IMG/VR virus record: IMGVR_UViG_3300046516_001816
Location: 1-64,000 of that record
DNA length: 64,000 nt
Strand: one strand, 5' to 3'
Each line of letters begins with the position of its first letter. The first letter of the stretch is position 1. The notes below the pieces were generated by a model. That model had not been told where the DNA came from and ran no database searches. It saw only the letters and a list, made by a program, of their open reading frames with translations. The position numbers were made by a program, and so were the translations under genes. Positions 20,101 to 29,586 of the stretch are shown one piece after another.

Positions 20101-21749
20101 CGCAACGTTTCCAGCAGCGCCTTACGCAACTCCGGGCTGATCTTCTTGCCCGTTTGCTTCTCGAGCTCCCCGACCAGGGTATCCGCACTGCGCTTGACCG
20201 TGCCGCGCGAGCCTTCGCTAAAGAGCGAGTTGTAAATCGCCTTGCCGGTTTCCGCCCGCGACTTGAACTTCCCCGAGGTCGGATCGAAGGTCGTCAGATC
20301 CACCTTGGTGTTGCCGGTGCGCATGATCTGGAGTTCCTGGTAAATGCGCGCCAGATACCCCGGGATCACTTCAGTCAACGACTTGCGTGCCAGCCCATTG
20401 AAGACGGCCGGCTCTTGCAGGTTACGCAAGTTGTCGCGCTCGATGCCCGTAGAGATGGCACCCGCTTCCTTCACGCGGTCTTTGCCCCACTTCGCGAGCC
20501 TCCCCAGCCCAAACGGCAGGTCGTTGCCCTTCTCGGACATCGCCAGTTCCATCAGGTGCTGCGGCACATTGCCCGTCACATACTCCAGGCCGTTGCTGCC
20601 CTTCTCGATCTGCTTGCCGTATTTGGACTTGCGCGCCCAGCCGCCGAGCTTCTTACCGAGCTTGCCCGCCAAGCCCCCGGCCAGTTGCCCGCCGACCATA
20701 CTGCCGGCCATCTCAGCCCCGCCCGGACCGCCCATGCCTTCCAAGGCACTGGCCGCGTCCATGCCCATCTCCATGCCGGAGATGCCCATGCGGGCGCCAT
20801 CGACAAAGCCCTTAACCTGACCTTGAATCGAATTGGTGATACTCGCCGTCAGCTTCTGCATGAACTGACTGTTGCTGCCCATGAGGCTTTGCCCCATGGT
20901 CGAGAAGAACTTGTTGCGCAACAACGTCGGGTAGTCTTGCGACACCTTGATCTTCAGCACGTCCGGCAAGCCCGTGTTCTTCTGGATATTCTCCAGCAGC
21001 TCCTTGGTCTTGACCGCACTCTCGCGTTGCAGCTGCAAGCTATCCATCGCGACGAAGTAATGGCGGTACTGCACTTCCAGCGCTTTGCGCTGATAGTTCA
21101 CCGTCACTTTGTCTTGGTAGTCCACCAGACGTTGCAAGGCCAGCCGCATGCCGTTGAGCATCCCCAACTGCATGTTGTCCTTGTTGTTCTGCATCTGGTG
21201 ACGGATGTCCGCTTCGGCCTTGTCCTCGGCACGAGCCTGGGCGTGTGACTCCGCTTGATACTTAAAGATGTCCCCGAGCTGCGCTTGCAGGGACTGATCA
21301 CGCATGCTGTCTGCATTGACTCCGGAGGCTCCGTCCTCGTAGGAGTCGGACCACTTCTTCAAGCGGTCACTCACGGCCTTGGGCAAGAACTTCTCACCGG
21401 CCGGCATGAGCTTCTTTGTTGCCCGCTTCATGTCGTTCAGAAGCGGCTTCACCTCGCGAGCCGAAGAATCGTATAGACTCTTCAAACTCTGACCGGTCTG
21501 GTCAGCCAGATCCAAGGCAGAACCATAGCCTTGGGGGAGTGCTGACTTCAAGGTCTTGCGGATAAACGAATCCGAGCGGGACGCATCCCAAATTCCCGAG
21601 CCGACGCCCTTGGCGAAATCCTTGCCGGCTTTGATCGCGGGATTGCGATCGTCCTTGACGCGCTTTTCGGAGTAGTCAAACGAGGGGATGTTCAGCGACG
21701 AGTCGAACCCCATATCGTCAGCTGATTTAAACTTCTTCTGTTTGGCCAT
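14148..21749 (-). CDS. Giant tail/tape-measure-like virion protein with a C-terminal GH19 peptidoglycan hydrolase domain (gp181-like)
   Basis: About 2530 aa; divergent from the vRNAP beta' gene. GH19 motifs FMAQMDHESGGF, ENLNY, GDGFKYRGRGVVQLTGKANY, NPDL, AVAYW, VNGGLNGLDDR at about 14880-15420. GGAG precedes ATG 21749. Confidence 0.88.
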   Translation of the reverse strand: MAKQKKFKSADDMGFDSSLNIPSFDYSEKRVKDDRNPAIKAGKDFAKGVGSGIWDASRSDSFIRKTLKSALPQGYGSALDLADQTGQSLKSLYDSSAREVKPLLNDMKRATKKLMPAGEKFLPKAVSDRLKKWSDSYEDGASGVNADSMRDQSLQAQLGDIFKYQAESHAQARAEDKAEADIRHQMQNNKDNMQLGMLNGMRLALQRLVDYQDKVTVNYQRKALEVQYRHYFVAMDSLQLQRESAVKTKELLENIQKNTGLPDVLKIKVSQDYPTLLRNKFFSTMGQSLMGSNSQFMQKLTASITNSIQGQVKGFVDGARMGISGMEMGMDAASALEGMGGPGGAEMAGSMVGGQLAGGLAGKLGKKLGGWARKSKYGKQIEKGSNGLEYVTGNVPQHLMELAMSEKGNDLPFGLGRLAKWGKDRVKEAGAISTGIERDNLRNLQEPAVFNGLARKSLTEVIPGYLARIYQELQIMRTGNTKVDLTTFDPTSGKFKSRAETGKAIYNSLFSEGSRGTVKRSADTLVGELEKQTGKKISPELRKALLETLREDNLNRRIGSPERLGAPQTYFNREHYMQGPEMSQLFRDYFKGDQDGSRKMRFQKLMTDLSYSMPDGRSDIQTLMNSGYGDYVNEMGLLDKTGNFINLKRFQNLFDDGSYDPQALHAAGGLGMHGFAGNVHAPGGHHITHGRGRGIGQRVKSAVHSGLGSVVTNIKGGKRVSKTNHDHRQTVTYGGDTYYVDRQGNITAKVDNRSTTHNRTSNSTRNDNRSYNTAHDSHDQYNHEIHNHINSVVNHIVNEAEKRLSVAMGGARGYGRVKGASGVQASPSLTHLQQAQQNKAERHAKKRLASYQRRRKVSPVKNHHLVESMGYGASEVHFAGQDAIIHAIEANSSLSVAEQMLEQLTAIRKKFDGGDGMTINNYQISGEDLMSRLKGGAGQAGSKIKGLYQMTVGDALSGAWQGVKNAKNWVTGLPGRAWDKGKEGWQKSKAIRDQAGKLFASGKQKALNLADRWDDIYIPGLKEPALLAWKLRAGHYRDRVTGDIIHSYKDIKGDIEDIYDNNNLVLSLKDIKYAYTIGGGKKLITALGAKLGKFAKMGLEWWNNSGSVFDYIPKAIDWGKKTVDLAVHFLDQPIDIYVKGKSEPVLLARTMKAGGYISTLTGKPVFRPGQIDGPIMDQSMPKNPRLALTREDLAGGLYDWQGKPVRTAGQKVMDTIKKPFLKIKGLVNDGLSFAANLIKKPFEAIGQFFFNWFGKDGIVFSGSKTMITRLTEIRDLLEDRLPKPKRKGSWQDLEDKLKGEKKDAQAASGVNPGGSGLFGTMSSIGAGIKGLFGHFKKQDAKDQADKDKENKEKNKSWFEKIKDQAIDKGEDALQGYAWEKGKDLASKKSKTLGKKALEKLAKKKGLGKLGALATLLEDAEELAKAKDKGHAAIKAGKDAVTDYAGTQAAKLAGKKLFGKFAGRTAAQVATRAAATTGIEAAAGAATTAAGSGAAAAGTGALAAGAEGTIAGLGLELGLGSVLAAGLGMAATAVAGIIASPVVLGAAAVTVAGLGLRASYKGIKHAMSKKVLPLEAVRMAQYGVMPDDWEKVNDLREFEESMLKHVIYDENGKAQLDKKKFSADEAFGPFGVDKNNKQDLRSWLQWFSLRFKPVFLTTMTALHGVDPKASLKNVDKMDKELKLKFLSAIANPAGPYGFDESPWHTWHVFFIHGKDGLKAGRKEVAALVAEARKTIEKESDLKGTIKKLGSSIMDGILGREPAKDKDGKVKPQTTMEKLARGYGKFLKYTPVGWAAMGLHWLGGLFDKKKDDPKKTGKTTASVGISPTLTKIENKVDALSSLRFRTYGLKALEQDKVTTLKTLEEVCLPLIAVDKKLNDYQCRFTGDPHDVLKQVGASFGVSGTHNTVAYRWVAWFMRRFLPTYLTYVGSLMKATGKKDIHQTMMEPMVAAKLAPLIVASKSPEGKSVWEITDSPWQNYELNTDQKSVEQIMDFLNDKVSAKTLNDGVTDKTKTEKKPKSVEAGDGGKGWTDQRKEQTNGKSFLDSMKETLGNAWNGAKTAVSNVYNKAKTALGNAYDKGKAVVSGVGDSMKGFGATLGKAYKAVTGSAKQVKDAVMAALAKAGITNPTEQAMFMAQMDHESGGFKSLSENLNYKPSVLDKLFGPRLREAGVSSNDLAGQGAEAIANVIYGGKFGRKMGNTDPGDGFKYRGRGVVQLTGKANYARYGKMIGVDLLNNPDLASDPKVAAQLAVAYWKDRVSSSAAQAGDVKNVTYAVNGGLNGLDDRQSKFQKYLADAKAGKLNADGAADGKDGKPDAGATGVTTVSSKNDAGHGNAGLAGADSKSDDKFFQGKNKATPELTDAQKAAVAKSSAAAGNAPSGAAPSPAATGTPTPAVQTNAAPADSGSSEGAAGKTKMYGQNSGSAPDNNPFGFGLGSAQAVRRSPAQQIAAVQQAQHEDKMAVMGNVGDVLNKQLGIQTESRDVLKNIYAMLADIQKGQPASDESSQAPNPNVSSKPQPQMQQMVKPPVSMSKMV

Positions 21750-21815
21750 TGTTGGCTCCACTTAACTGGGTCTACTCTGACCCCTCATAGATTTTCGCTA
21801 TTTAAGGAAACAAAC

Positions 21816-23441
21816 ATGGAAAGGCAAGCAATCCCTTTCAATATCAGCTTGCTGGAATTGACGGATGCGAAGATTGCACACATGCGTCCGGTGACCAGCT
21901 TGGACTTTCTGGAGGGTAATAGCACGGCCCCGCATCCCAATGGCTTGTTCTCCGCGGAGATCTTTGGGAAGGTCGGTGACGAAGCGCGCATGCGTCGATT
22001 CTCCTATATCAACGTGAAGACCACGGTGTTTCACCCGACGGTGTACCGTGCGCTGCTCGCGCTCAAGCGCCTCTATGGCGACATCATGGCGGGCACCGAG
22101 TACGCGGTGTGGAACTCGCTCGCGAAAGACTTCGAGCGCAGCGACGTGGTCCATGGGCAAACGGGCTTTAACTTCTTTGTCGAACACTGGAAGGATATCG
22201 AGTTCCAGGAAACGAAGAGCGATCAGCGCGAACAGAATATCCTGCTGATCCAGAAGTATAAGCAACGGGCCATGACGAGCCGGATCGTGGTGTTGCCTGC
22301 GGGCATGCGCGACCTGGAGTATGGACCGGACGGACGGATGCGGGAAGATGAAATCAACACCATCTACCGCTCGCTCATTGCCAAGTCCAATGCGATTACC
22401 GAGTCGGTACTGCGGGCCAATCCCGAGATGATCAACACAGTGCGCTACTCGATTCAGAATACGTTTAACCAGCTGTACGACCTGCTCGAGGCGATGGTCG
22501 AAGGTAAGCGCAAACTGATTCTGGGCAAGTGGGCAAGCCGCCGGATCTTTGACGGCACGCGAAACGTGATCACGGCCATGAATACGTCCAGCGAGATGCT
22601 GGGGGCCAAAGGCAACGTTGGCTACAATCACTCGGTGACGGGCCTTTACCAGGGTCTGAAAGCAGCGCGACCGGTCGCGGTGTTTGCGATCAAGAACGGC
22701 TTCTTGCAGAAAGTGTTTACGGGTCCGGGACAGCCGGCCAAGCTTGTAAACAAGCAAACGCTCAAGCTCGAGAACTGTGACCTGCGTCCCGAGTACTACG
22801 ACAAGTGGATGACCACCGAAGGCATCGAGAAGCTGCTCACGGCATTTAGTGAAGAAGACGTACGCCACAAGGCAATCGAAATCGACGGTCACTGGCTGGG
22901 CTTGATGTATAAGGGTCCGGACAAAACCTTCCGCTTCTGTCAGAGCATCGACGAGCTACCTGAAGGACGGGATCCGAAGGACTTGCATCCGCTCACGTTC
23001 TGCGAGCTGCTGTATCTGTCGACCTACCGCGAGCTTGACGATAAGCTCCCGGCGTTCGTGACCCGTTACCCGATTACCGGGATGGGTTCGATCGTGCCGT
23101 CGATCATGAAAATCAAGACCACGATTCGTCACGAGGTGCGCCGTGAACTCGGTCCGGACTGGCAACCGCTGCCGGAAGACTACACGGCGTATGAGTTTCC
23201 GGTGCCCGGTGGGGAGTTCGTCAATTCGATCTCGCCCCACACCTCGAAGCTCGCGCGCCTCGGGGCTGACTTTGACGGTGATACGTCATCGTTTAACGTC
23301 ACCTACACTGACGAATCGATTCAGGAGATGCGGGAGTTCCTGGCTTCCAAACGTGCGTACGTAGGCACGGATGGCCGACCCATCGCGTCCATCGCGATCT
23401 CGACGGTCAATCTGGTGCTTTACAACATGACAGGCGACTAA
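21816..23441 (+). CDS. Virion RNA polymerase beta' subunit, catalytic fragment (gp180-like)
   Basis: Motifs GLFSAEIFG, RNVIT, TRYP and the catalytic loop LGADFDGD. Confidence 0.93.
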   Translation: MERQAIPFNISLLELTDAKIAHMRPVTSLDFLEGNSTAPHPNGLFSAEIFGKVGDEARMRRFSYINVKTTVFHPTVYRALLALKRLYGDIMAGTEYAVWNSLAKDFERSDVVHGQTGFNFFVEHWKDIEFQETKSDQREQNILLIQKYKQRAMTSRIVVLPAGMRDLEYGPDGRMREDEINTIYRSLIAKSNAITESVLRANPEMINTVRYSIQNTFNQLYDLLEAMVEGKRKLILGKWASRRIFDGTRNVITAMNTSSEMLGAKGNVGYNHSVTGLYQGLKAARPVAVFAIKNGFLQKVFTGPGQPAKLVNKQTLKLENCDLRPEYYDKWMTTEGIEKLLTAFSEEDVRHKAIEIDGHWLGLMYKGPDKTFRFCQSIDELPEGRDPKDLHPLTFCELLYLSTYRELDDKLPAFVTRYPITGMGSIVPSIMKIKTTIRHEVRRELGPDWQPLPEDYTAYEFPVPGGEFVNSISPHTSKLARLGADFDGDTSSFNVTYTDESIQEMREFLASKRAYVGTDGRPIASIAISTVNLVLYNMTGD

Positions 23442-23443
23442 AC

Positions 23444-26400
23444 ATGCTTTTGTACGAATACTTCTACCGTCAGTTTGGGGTACGGCGTTCTTCCCAGCTG
23501 ATTAAACCACCGCTGCCCGGCGTGGATAAGCTGGTGCTACCTCGGCGCAGCCTGTTCCACTTCCTGGGCGACGGTCCGATGGCCAGTGGTCCGGACACGC
23601 ATCAGCTGGAATTCAACGGGATCACCAAACCGATCCTGGTGGAAACGATTCTGTCGCAGTCGGGCACCCTCGGTCAGCCGCGCCCGATTCCGATGGCCAC
23701 CACCACGCTGATGTCGCAGTGGTTCCAGAAGAACCGCCGCTATCGCAAGCTCATCAATTTCGAAACGGGCACCCGCGACGAAACGATGCTGGTGGTGATC
23801 AACTATGCGTTCCTGTGGCGCATGTACCGCTATCCGCGTTCGCTCTACACGAACCTGAACCAGTGGCATAACGTCGCCGAGACGCTGTGGTCGACCGTGG
23901 GCAGTTTGTCCGATAGCTCGGACCGTCATCAGTTTATTCCGGTGACGCTGCCGCGCGTGCTGCCGTCGCTGGTGGATCTGCAAACCGCGGAAACAGCGAT
24001 GCTCTCGGCGCGCACCGCCAAGCGCTTTGCCACGCACGAGTCCTTGCAGCTGCTGGAAATCTGGAAGTGGCTGGGGCCGAACCGTCAGACCTCGATGCTC
24101 TCGCATATTCCGGAGAAGCGCCTCGCACGGGTGAACCTGCTGATGGAAGAGGCGGGGCGCTGGTTTGTGGTGAATCTGAATGTGCTCAACTCCTGGCGCA
24201 TTGCCACCAAGGAAGAGCTCGACGCGAACCCCGATGCCAACCAGCACGGGCTCGATCCGCATATGCTTCAGAAGTACTTCCTGCGCATGTGCATGTCGCT
24301 CATGGAAGTGCGCACGGCCGCCGCCCCTGAAATCAGTGCAGCGAGCCAGGAAGGCGTGGACTCTGATGTCAAGGTCGACCTGGTCGCCAATGTGGTCGAT
24401 GAGCATGATCCGGAAACGGGGATTGCAGTGAAGTCGGTCACCGAGCCGTTCCTGGATCCGGTCGCCCATCTGAAAGCCACCCAGCAGGTGGACGCCGAAG
24501 TGCAGGACGTGGCAGACATGCACCTGGAGCTGCTCACCAATCAGCAGAAGGCCAAAGCCACGGCCAAGGTGATTGAGCTCAAAGAGAACGCACCGGATGA
24601 GCGCGGCGTGGACATCAAGCGGGACCTGGCGCTGGAAAAGCAGCTCGAAGCAGACTTGCAGCAGCTGGAGCACATTGCCAATCTGGCGATGCCGGAGGTC
24701 GATGAAGCCGCCCCGATTGAGCACCAAGCGCCGATCGATCCGCCGGTCGCTCTCACGCCCGAAGGTGCGGTCATGAAGATCTGTGACCGGCTGGCGGAGC
24801 AAGGGCTGCTGTCGGCTGGGGAGCACCGTCGCTACAAGTCGCTCTCGGAAGCATACAAGAAGATTGTGGCGCCGGACGGCAACTCGACGCTGGAACACTT
24901 CGTGCATATTCCGAAGGAAGACGTACAGATCGCCGAGTCCGCCACGATTCCGGATATCAAGACGGTCACCGACAAGACGATGCTCAAGTCGAGTCTGATT
25001 GATTTTGATGCGAAGTACATCCAGAAGGTCATGCAGAAAGACATCGCGGCGATGGTGTTGAATCTGCAACAGGCGGGCCTGTGTATTACCGATTACGAAG
25101 TCGAGGACATCGATGACGTGATGGGCCAATACAAGATGTACACCGCGCGGGTGACGCCGGTGGACGGGGCCACCTCGACCTTTCGCTTTCGCTTGCCGGT
25201 GGTGCGCGAAGACGGCACCTTTACCAGCAACGGCGTGAAGTATCGCGTCCGTAAGCAGCGGGGCGATTTGCCGATTCGCAAAATCGGGCCGGACAAGGTG
25301 GCGCTTACGTCCTACTACGGCAAGGTGTTTGTCAATCGCTCCACGAAGAAGGTCAATGACTATCCGTCGTGGTTGATCAACAACATCCAGGCGATGGGGT
25401 TGGACCGCGAGAACACGATTGTCACGGACCTGCATACGGCGGACGTGTTTGACAACCTCTTTGAAGCACCGCGCCTGTACTCGCTGCTCTCGATGGCGTT
25501 TCGCAGTTTCACGCTCTACGGCTACGTGTGGAACTTCGATCACACCAAGCGCAAAGAGTTGTTCGGGGAGAATGCGCTCAAGCTCTATGAGAAAGATCAG
25601 CGCACGCTCGTGGCGGTGAAAGCCGATGACCCCAACACCTACATGGTGATGGATCACCTGGACACGCTCTATAGTGTCACGACGGATCAGGGCAAAGAGC
25701 TGGTGGCGCTGCCCTCGATTGAAGAGATGCTCAAGCTGCCGGCTGAGAAAGCGCCGGTGGAGTTTGCCCAGGTGAAGATCCTGGGTCGGGACGTACCGTT
25801 GGGTGTCGTGCTCGGCTATGAGCTTGGGCTCGATAAGCTGATGCGCATGTTGAAGGTCACCCCGCGCCGGGTGCCGGCTGGTCAGCGTGTGGGTTTGCAG
25901 CCCGACGAGTACGATCTGGTGTTTGCCGATGAGACGCTGGTGTTCCCGCGGCATAACCGGTTTGCCTCGATGGTGATGGCGGGCTTTAACGAGTACCATC
26001 GTCAGCTGCGCAGCTACCCCGTGCATGAGTTTGATAAGCGCGGTGTGTATCTGAACTTGCTGGAGTCGGCCGGGGCGTCACAGCGCTACCTGCGTGAAAT
26101 CGATTTGCAGTACCAACTGTTTATCGATCCGATCACCAAGGAATTGCTGATCGACATGAAGGAGCCCACCGACTATCAGAGCCTGTTGCTCAAGGCCTGT
26201 TCGATGCTGCTCACCGACACGCACCCCGACGAGCTCGACTCCAAGTGGATGCGCATCAAGGGCTATGAGCGGATGGCCGGGGCCGTGTACTCGGAGATTG
26301 TGCGCTCGATTCGTATTCACAACGGCAAGGTCGGCAAGAGTCGCAGCCCGATTGATTTGAATCCGTTCCAGGTCTGGAAGAATGTCACGCAAGATCCAGC

Positions 26401-27832
26401 GAAGGTGCAGATCAATGAAATCAACCCGATCCAAAACCTGAAGGAAGGCGAAGCCGTTACGTACTCCGGCGTGGGTGGTCGAGGTGGTCGCTCGATGACG
26501 AAGTCCACCCGTGTCTACCACAAGAACGACATGGGTACGATTTCGGAATCCACGGTGGACTCCTCGGACGTGGCGATCAACACCTATCTGTCGGCGGACC
26601 CGCAGTTCAGTTCACTGCGCGGGCTCTCCAAGGGCTACAGTTTCGAGAAGCAAGGAGCCACCCCGCTGCTGTCGACCTCGGCGTTGATTTCGCCGGCGGC
26701 CGATCGAGACGATCCGAAGCGGGTGAACTTTATCGGCATTCAGCAATCGCACGGCATTGCTTGCAAGGGTTACACACAGGCACCGATTCGCACCGGCTAT
26801 GAGCAAGTGATTGCCCACCGCACGGGTGACCTGTTTGCGCTGACGGCGAAGAAACCGGGGAAGGTCCTCTCGGTCAATGAGCACGGCATGCAGGTGCAGT
26901 ATGAGGACGGTGAGCTGCAAGGCATTGAGCTAGGTCGGCGCTATGGATCAGCGGCGGGTCTCACGATTCCGCATGAAGTCAAGACCACGATGAAAGCAGG
27001 CCAGGTCTTTAAGCCCGGTCAGCTGCTGTGCTTTAACGACGGGTTCTTTGAACGCGATCTCTTGAATCCCGACGGCGTCATTCTGAAGAACTCCATCACC
27101 GTGAAGACGGCGTTGTTGGAGGCGATGAATACGCTGGAAGACTCCTCAGCGATTTCGAAAGAAGCCGCCGAACTCCTGACCACGAAGACCACGAAGGTGC
27201 GCACCATCGTCGTGAACTTCGAACAGGAAATCCATAAGCTGACCAAAACGGGCACGCCGGTGGGTTCTGAGGATATTTTATGCGTGATTGAAGATGCCGT
27301 GACCGCCGGCAATCGCCTCTTCGATGAGGCGTCGCTGGATACGCTGCGACTGCTGTCGGCGCAAACCCCGAAGGCGAAAGCCAAGGGTGTCGTAGAGCGG
27401 ATCGAAGTGTTCTACCATGGTGACTTGGAAGACATGAGCGAGAGTCTACGGGCTTTGGCTCAAGACTCCGATAAGCTGATGCTCAAGCGCACCCGGTCCA
27501 CCGGCGGCAAGGGCTACACCGGCAGTGTTGACGAGAGTTATCGCGTCGACGGTGAACCCCTCTTGCTGGACACGGCGGCAATCAAGATCTACATCACCGC
27601 GGAAGTCTCAGCGGGCGTGGGGGATAAGGGTGTCTTTGGCAATCAGCTGAAGACGGTGTTCGGTGAAATCATGGAGCATGATCTGTTGACCGAATCGGGT
27701 ACGAAGGTGGATGCGCTCTTTGGCGCGGTGTCCATTCAGGCTCGTATCGTGTCGTCTCCGGATATTATCGGCACCACCACCACCTTGCTGGAAGTGATTG
27801 CCAAAAAGGCGTTGGAGATCTACCGTTCTTAA
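23444..27832 (+). CDS. Virion RNA polymerase beta subunit, large fragment (gp178-like)
   Basis: 1462 aa; motifs DDPKRVNFIGIQQSH, EDSSAIS, GVGDKGVFGNQLKTV. Confidence 0.93.
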   Translation: MLLYEYFYRQFGVRRSSQLIKPPLPGVDKLVLPRRSLFHFLGDGPMASGPDTHQLEFNGITKPILVETILSQSGTLGQPRPIPMATTTLMSQWFQKNRRYRKLINFETGTRDETMLVVINYAFLWRMYRYPRSLYTNLNQWHNVAETLWSTVGSLSDSSDRHQFIPVTLPRVLPSLVDLQTAETAMLSARTAKRFATHESLQLLEIWKWLGPNRQTSMLSHIPEKRLARVNLLMEEAGRWFVVNLNVLNSWRIATKEELDANPDANQHGLDPHMLQKYFLRMCMSLMEVRTAAAPEISAASQEGVDSDVKVDLVANVVDEHDPETGIAVKSVTEPFLDPVAHLKATQQVDAEVQDVADMHLELLTNQQKAKATAKVIELKENAPDERGVDIKRDLALEKQLEADLQQLEHIANLAMPEVDEAAPIEHQAPIDPPVALTPEGAVMKICDRLAEQGLLSAGEHRRYKSLSEAYKKIVAPDGNSTLEHFVHIPKEDVQIAESATIPDIKTVTDKTMLKSSLIDFDAKYIQKVMQKDIAAMVLNLQQAGLCITDYEVEDIDDVMGQYKMYTARVTPVDGATSTFRFRLPVVREDGTFTSNGVKYRVRKQRGDLPIRKIGPDKVALTSYYGKVFVNRSTKKVNDYPSWLINNIQAMGLDRENTIVTDLHTADVFDNLFEAPRLYSLLSMAFRSFTLYGYVWNFDHTKRKELFGENALKLYEKDQRTLVAVKADDPNTYMVMDHLDTLYSVTTDQGKELVALPSIEEMLKLPAEKAPVEFAQVKILGRDVPLGVVLGYELGLDKLMRMLKVTPRRVPAGQRVGLQPDEYDLVFADETLVFPRHNRFASMVMAGFNEYHRQLRSYPVHEFDKRGVYLNLLESAGASQRYLREIDLQYQLFIDPITKELLIDMKEPTDYQSLLLKACSMLLTDTHPDELDSKWMRIKGYERMAGAVYSEIVRSIRIHNGKVGKSRSPIDLNPFQVWKNVTQDPAKVQINEINPIQNLKEGEAVTYSGVGGRGGRSMTKSTRVYHKNDMGTISESTVDSSDVAINTYLSADPQFSSLRGLSKGYSFEKQGATPLLSTSALISPAADRDDPKRVNFIGIQQSHGIACKGYTQAPIRTGYEQVIAHRTGDLFALTAKKPGKVLSVNEHGMQVQYEDGELQGIELGRRYGSAAGLTIPHEVKTTMKAGQVFKPGQLLCFNDGFFERDLLNPDGVILKNSITVKTALLEAMNTLEDSSAISKEAAELLTTKTTKVRTIVVNFEQEIHKLTKTGTPVGSEDILCVIEDAVTAGNRLFDEASLDTLRLLSAQTPKAKAKGVVERIEVFYHGDLEDMSESLRALAQDSDKLMLKRTRSTGGKGYTGSVDESYRVDGEPLLLDTAAIKIYITAEVSAGVGDKGVFGNQLKTVFGEIMEHDLLTESGTKVDALFGAVSIQARIVSSPDIIGTTTTLLEVIAKKALEIYRS

Positions 27833-27923
27833 TTGAGCCCCAGGGTGGCTGCTGGCACTGCGGTGTCGGCGGCTGCCTCTCTTTTTTTGTGTTTGTATGC
27901 GGTCCTCGCTGATAGGAATTTTC

Positions 27924-28112
27924 ATGAAGAACAGAGAATCTGAAAAGACGCTCGTGACGCTGGCGAACGCCACGGAACTCGTGCGTGTCGTGGTGCAGGG
28001 CGTTGTCGGCAACGACGTTGCAGACACGATCGCAGGCTCGCCGCTCACGGGCGATGTCATCAACCAGATCGCCCTGACGAAGTTTCAGGCTGCGCTCCAA
28101 ACGTACCTGTAA
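27924..28112 (+). CDS. Small hypothetical protein
   Basis: AGGA before ATG 27924; its stop runs into the AAGGAG of the next gene. Confidence 0.7.
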   Translation: MKNRESEKTLVTLANATELVRVVVQGVVGNDVADTIAGSPLTGDVINQIALTKFQAALQTYL

Positions 28113-28124
28113 GGAGCATCCACC

Positions 28125-29552
28125 ATGTTGAATCAAAATTCGTTGATGGCCGCGGTGCCGTTGACCGAACGTCTCGAATGCGCCCGCATGGCGCTCTACC
28201 CGATTTCGAGCACGCCGCTCGAAGCGATGGTGAACGCCACGCGCTCGGACGAAGGGCTCTTCGATGCTGCCCAAGGCAATGTCGAAGTCTTTATCGGTCA
28301 CGTCGCTACGATGGCCAACAAAGTGCAGCCCGCCTATGGCGTGTCGCACCATAACGCCACGCTCGACCCGATTGCCACGATGGCGATCCAAGCCGTGTCG
28401 CGTCACCTGCAAGTCGCCAAGAACGTGGTACGGCCGGTGATCAACGATCTCTACACCCGTGTGAAGAGCTCGCTCGCTGAACTGAACGCGTCCTCGCTGC
28501 TGGGCATGGAAGTCGACGTGCTGCGCGAACCCGCGCCGCTGGGCAACGCGCAACTCGCCAACGCGGTGCGCAAGCTCGACGGGCTCACGATCGAAGATCT
28601 GCCGATGCGCATGCGTCTGCCCGATCTCGGCCCGAAGGAACTCGCGGAACTCGTGATGTCGGGCTCCAGCCAGCTCGATACGGCGATTGCCGAGTGGATG
28701 TCGCAAGACGAAGGGCTGCTCCAGTATATCTGGCGCCATGTCTTCCAGCAAAACCCGCTCGACAACCCGAAGACGTTCCTGCAACTGATCACCGATCGCG
28801 TGCATGGCGTGAACAACGCGCTGGCGATCTATCTGTTCAGCCGCAAGCTGATGGAAGGCAAGCCGCTCGAGGGCACCGAGATGAGTCTCTCGGGCTACAA
28901 GCAACAACTCGTTGACCTGCGTAACCAGTCGGCCGCCGCCCTGTGCCGGGCGCTGGACCGTATTGACCGCTCGATCAAGAACGGCGTGCTGGTGCGTGAA
29001 ATCGTCGACAATAAGACGATCGTCTACGAACCGCTCTACCGCAAGTTCCTCGAAGAAGGCGGCAGCAACGAAGTGCTCTTCGCCAATGCGATCGGTGGCC
29101 AGAAGTTCTTCACCACGCTCAAGGACCTGCTCGCGAATAAGGCGCAACTCACGGAGCGCTGGAATTTCCATGCCGCCCTCGTGCGCACCGAAGAAGCGAA
29201 CCAGCGCTTTGTGAAGACCAAGGACTTCTTGCGTCTGCACTTTTTCGCGCAGCTCGCGGAAATCGCCCACACCGACGAAGGCACGGAAAGCAATATCGCC
29301 GAAGTCAAGAAGCTCTTTGACGTCGTGATGAAGGACGTGCGCGACGCGGACATCGACGATCTGCACAACCTCTGCATGAAGCTCGTGTGCCGGGCGCGTT
29401 TCTACAAGACCGACGCGGAAGTGATCCTCACGGGCATCTCCAATGCGATGAAGGACAATCCGCAAATCCACCCGCGTGAAGCGGCGACGATTTCCGCGAT
29501 CAACTACGTCGCGGTGTGGGTGGCGCGTCAGATGAAGCTCGTGTCGATGTAA
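28125..29552 (+). CDS. Conserved phiKZ-like core protein (gp177-like)
   Basis: 475-aa ORF with AAGGAG and strong codon bias; synteny between vRNAP and protease. Confidence 0.7.
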   Translation: MLNQNSLMAAVPLTERLECARMALYPISSTPLEAMVNATRSDEGLFDAAQGNVEVFIGHVATMANKVQPAYGVSHHNATLDPIATMAIQAVSRHLQVAKNVVRPVINDLYTRVKSSLAELNASSLLGMEVDVLREPAPLGNAQLANAVRKLDGLTIEDLPMRMRLPDLGPKELAELVMSGSSQLDTAIAEWMSQDEGLLQYIWRHVFQQNPLDNPKTFLQLITDRVHGVNNALAIYLFSRKLMEGKPLEGTEMSLSGYKQQLVDLRNQSAAALCRALDRIDRSIKNGVLVREIVDNKTIVYEPLYRKFLEEGGSNEVLFANAIGGQKFFTTLKDLLANKAQLTERWNFHAALVRTEEANQRFVKTKDFLRLHFFAQLAEIAHTDEGTESNIAEVKKLFDVVMKDVRDADIDDLHNLCMKLVCRARFYKTDAEVILTGISNAMKDNPQIHPREAATISAINYVAVWVARQMKLVSM

Positions 29553-29586
29553 GCGTCACCCCATCTTCTGTTAACCTGGAGTGGTA

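Noticed and set aside
14664-21248. Long + strand ORFs (662, 618, 656 aa) opposite the tail protein; similar antisense ORFs opposite the RNAP, sheath, terminase and polymerase genes
   Set aside because: These are shadow frames caused by GC-rich codon bias. They have no RBS or motifs and fully overlap well-supported genes.
21816-27832. Introns, inteins or homing endonucleases in the vRNAP genes (also checked the terminase)
   Set aside because: Frames are continuous with expected lengths, the two RNAP genes are 2 nt apart, and no intein or HNH motifs were seen.
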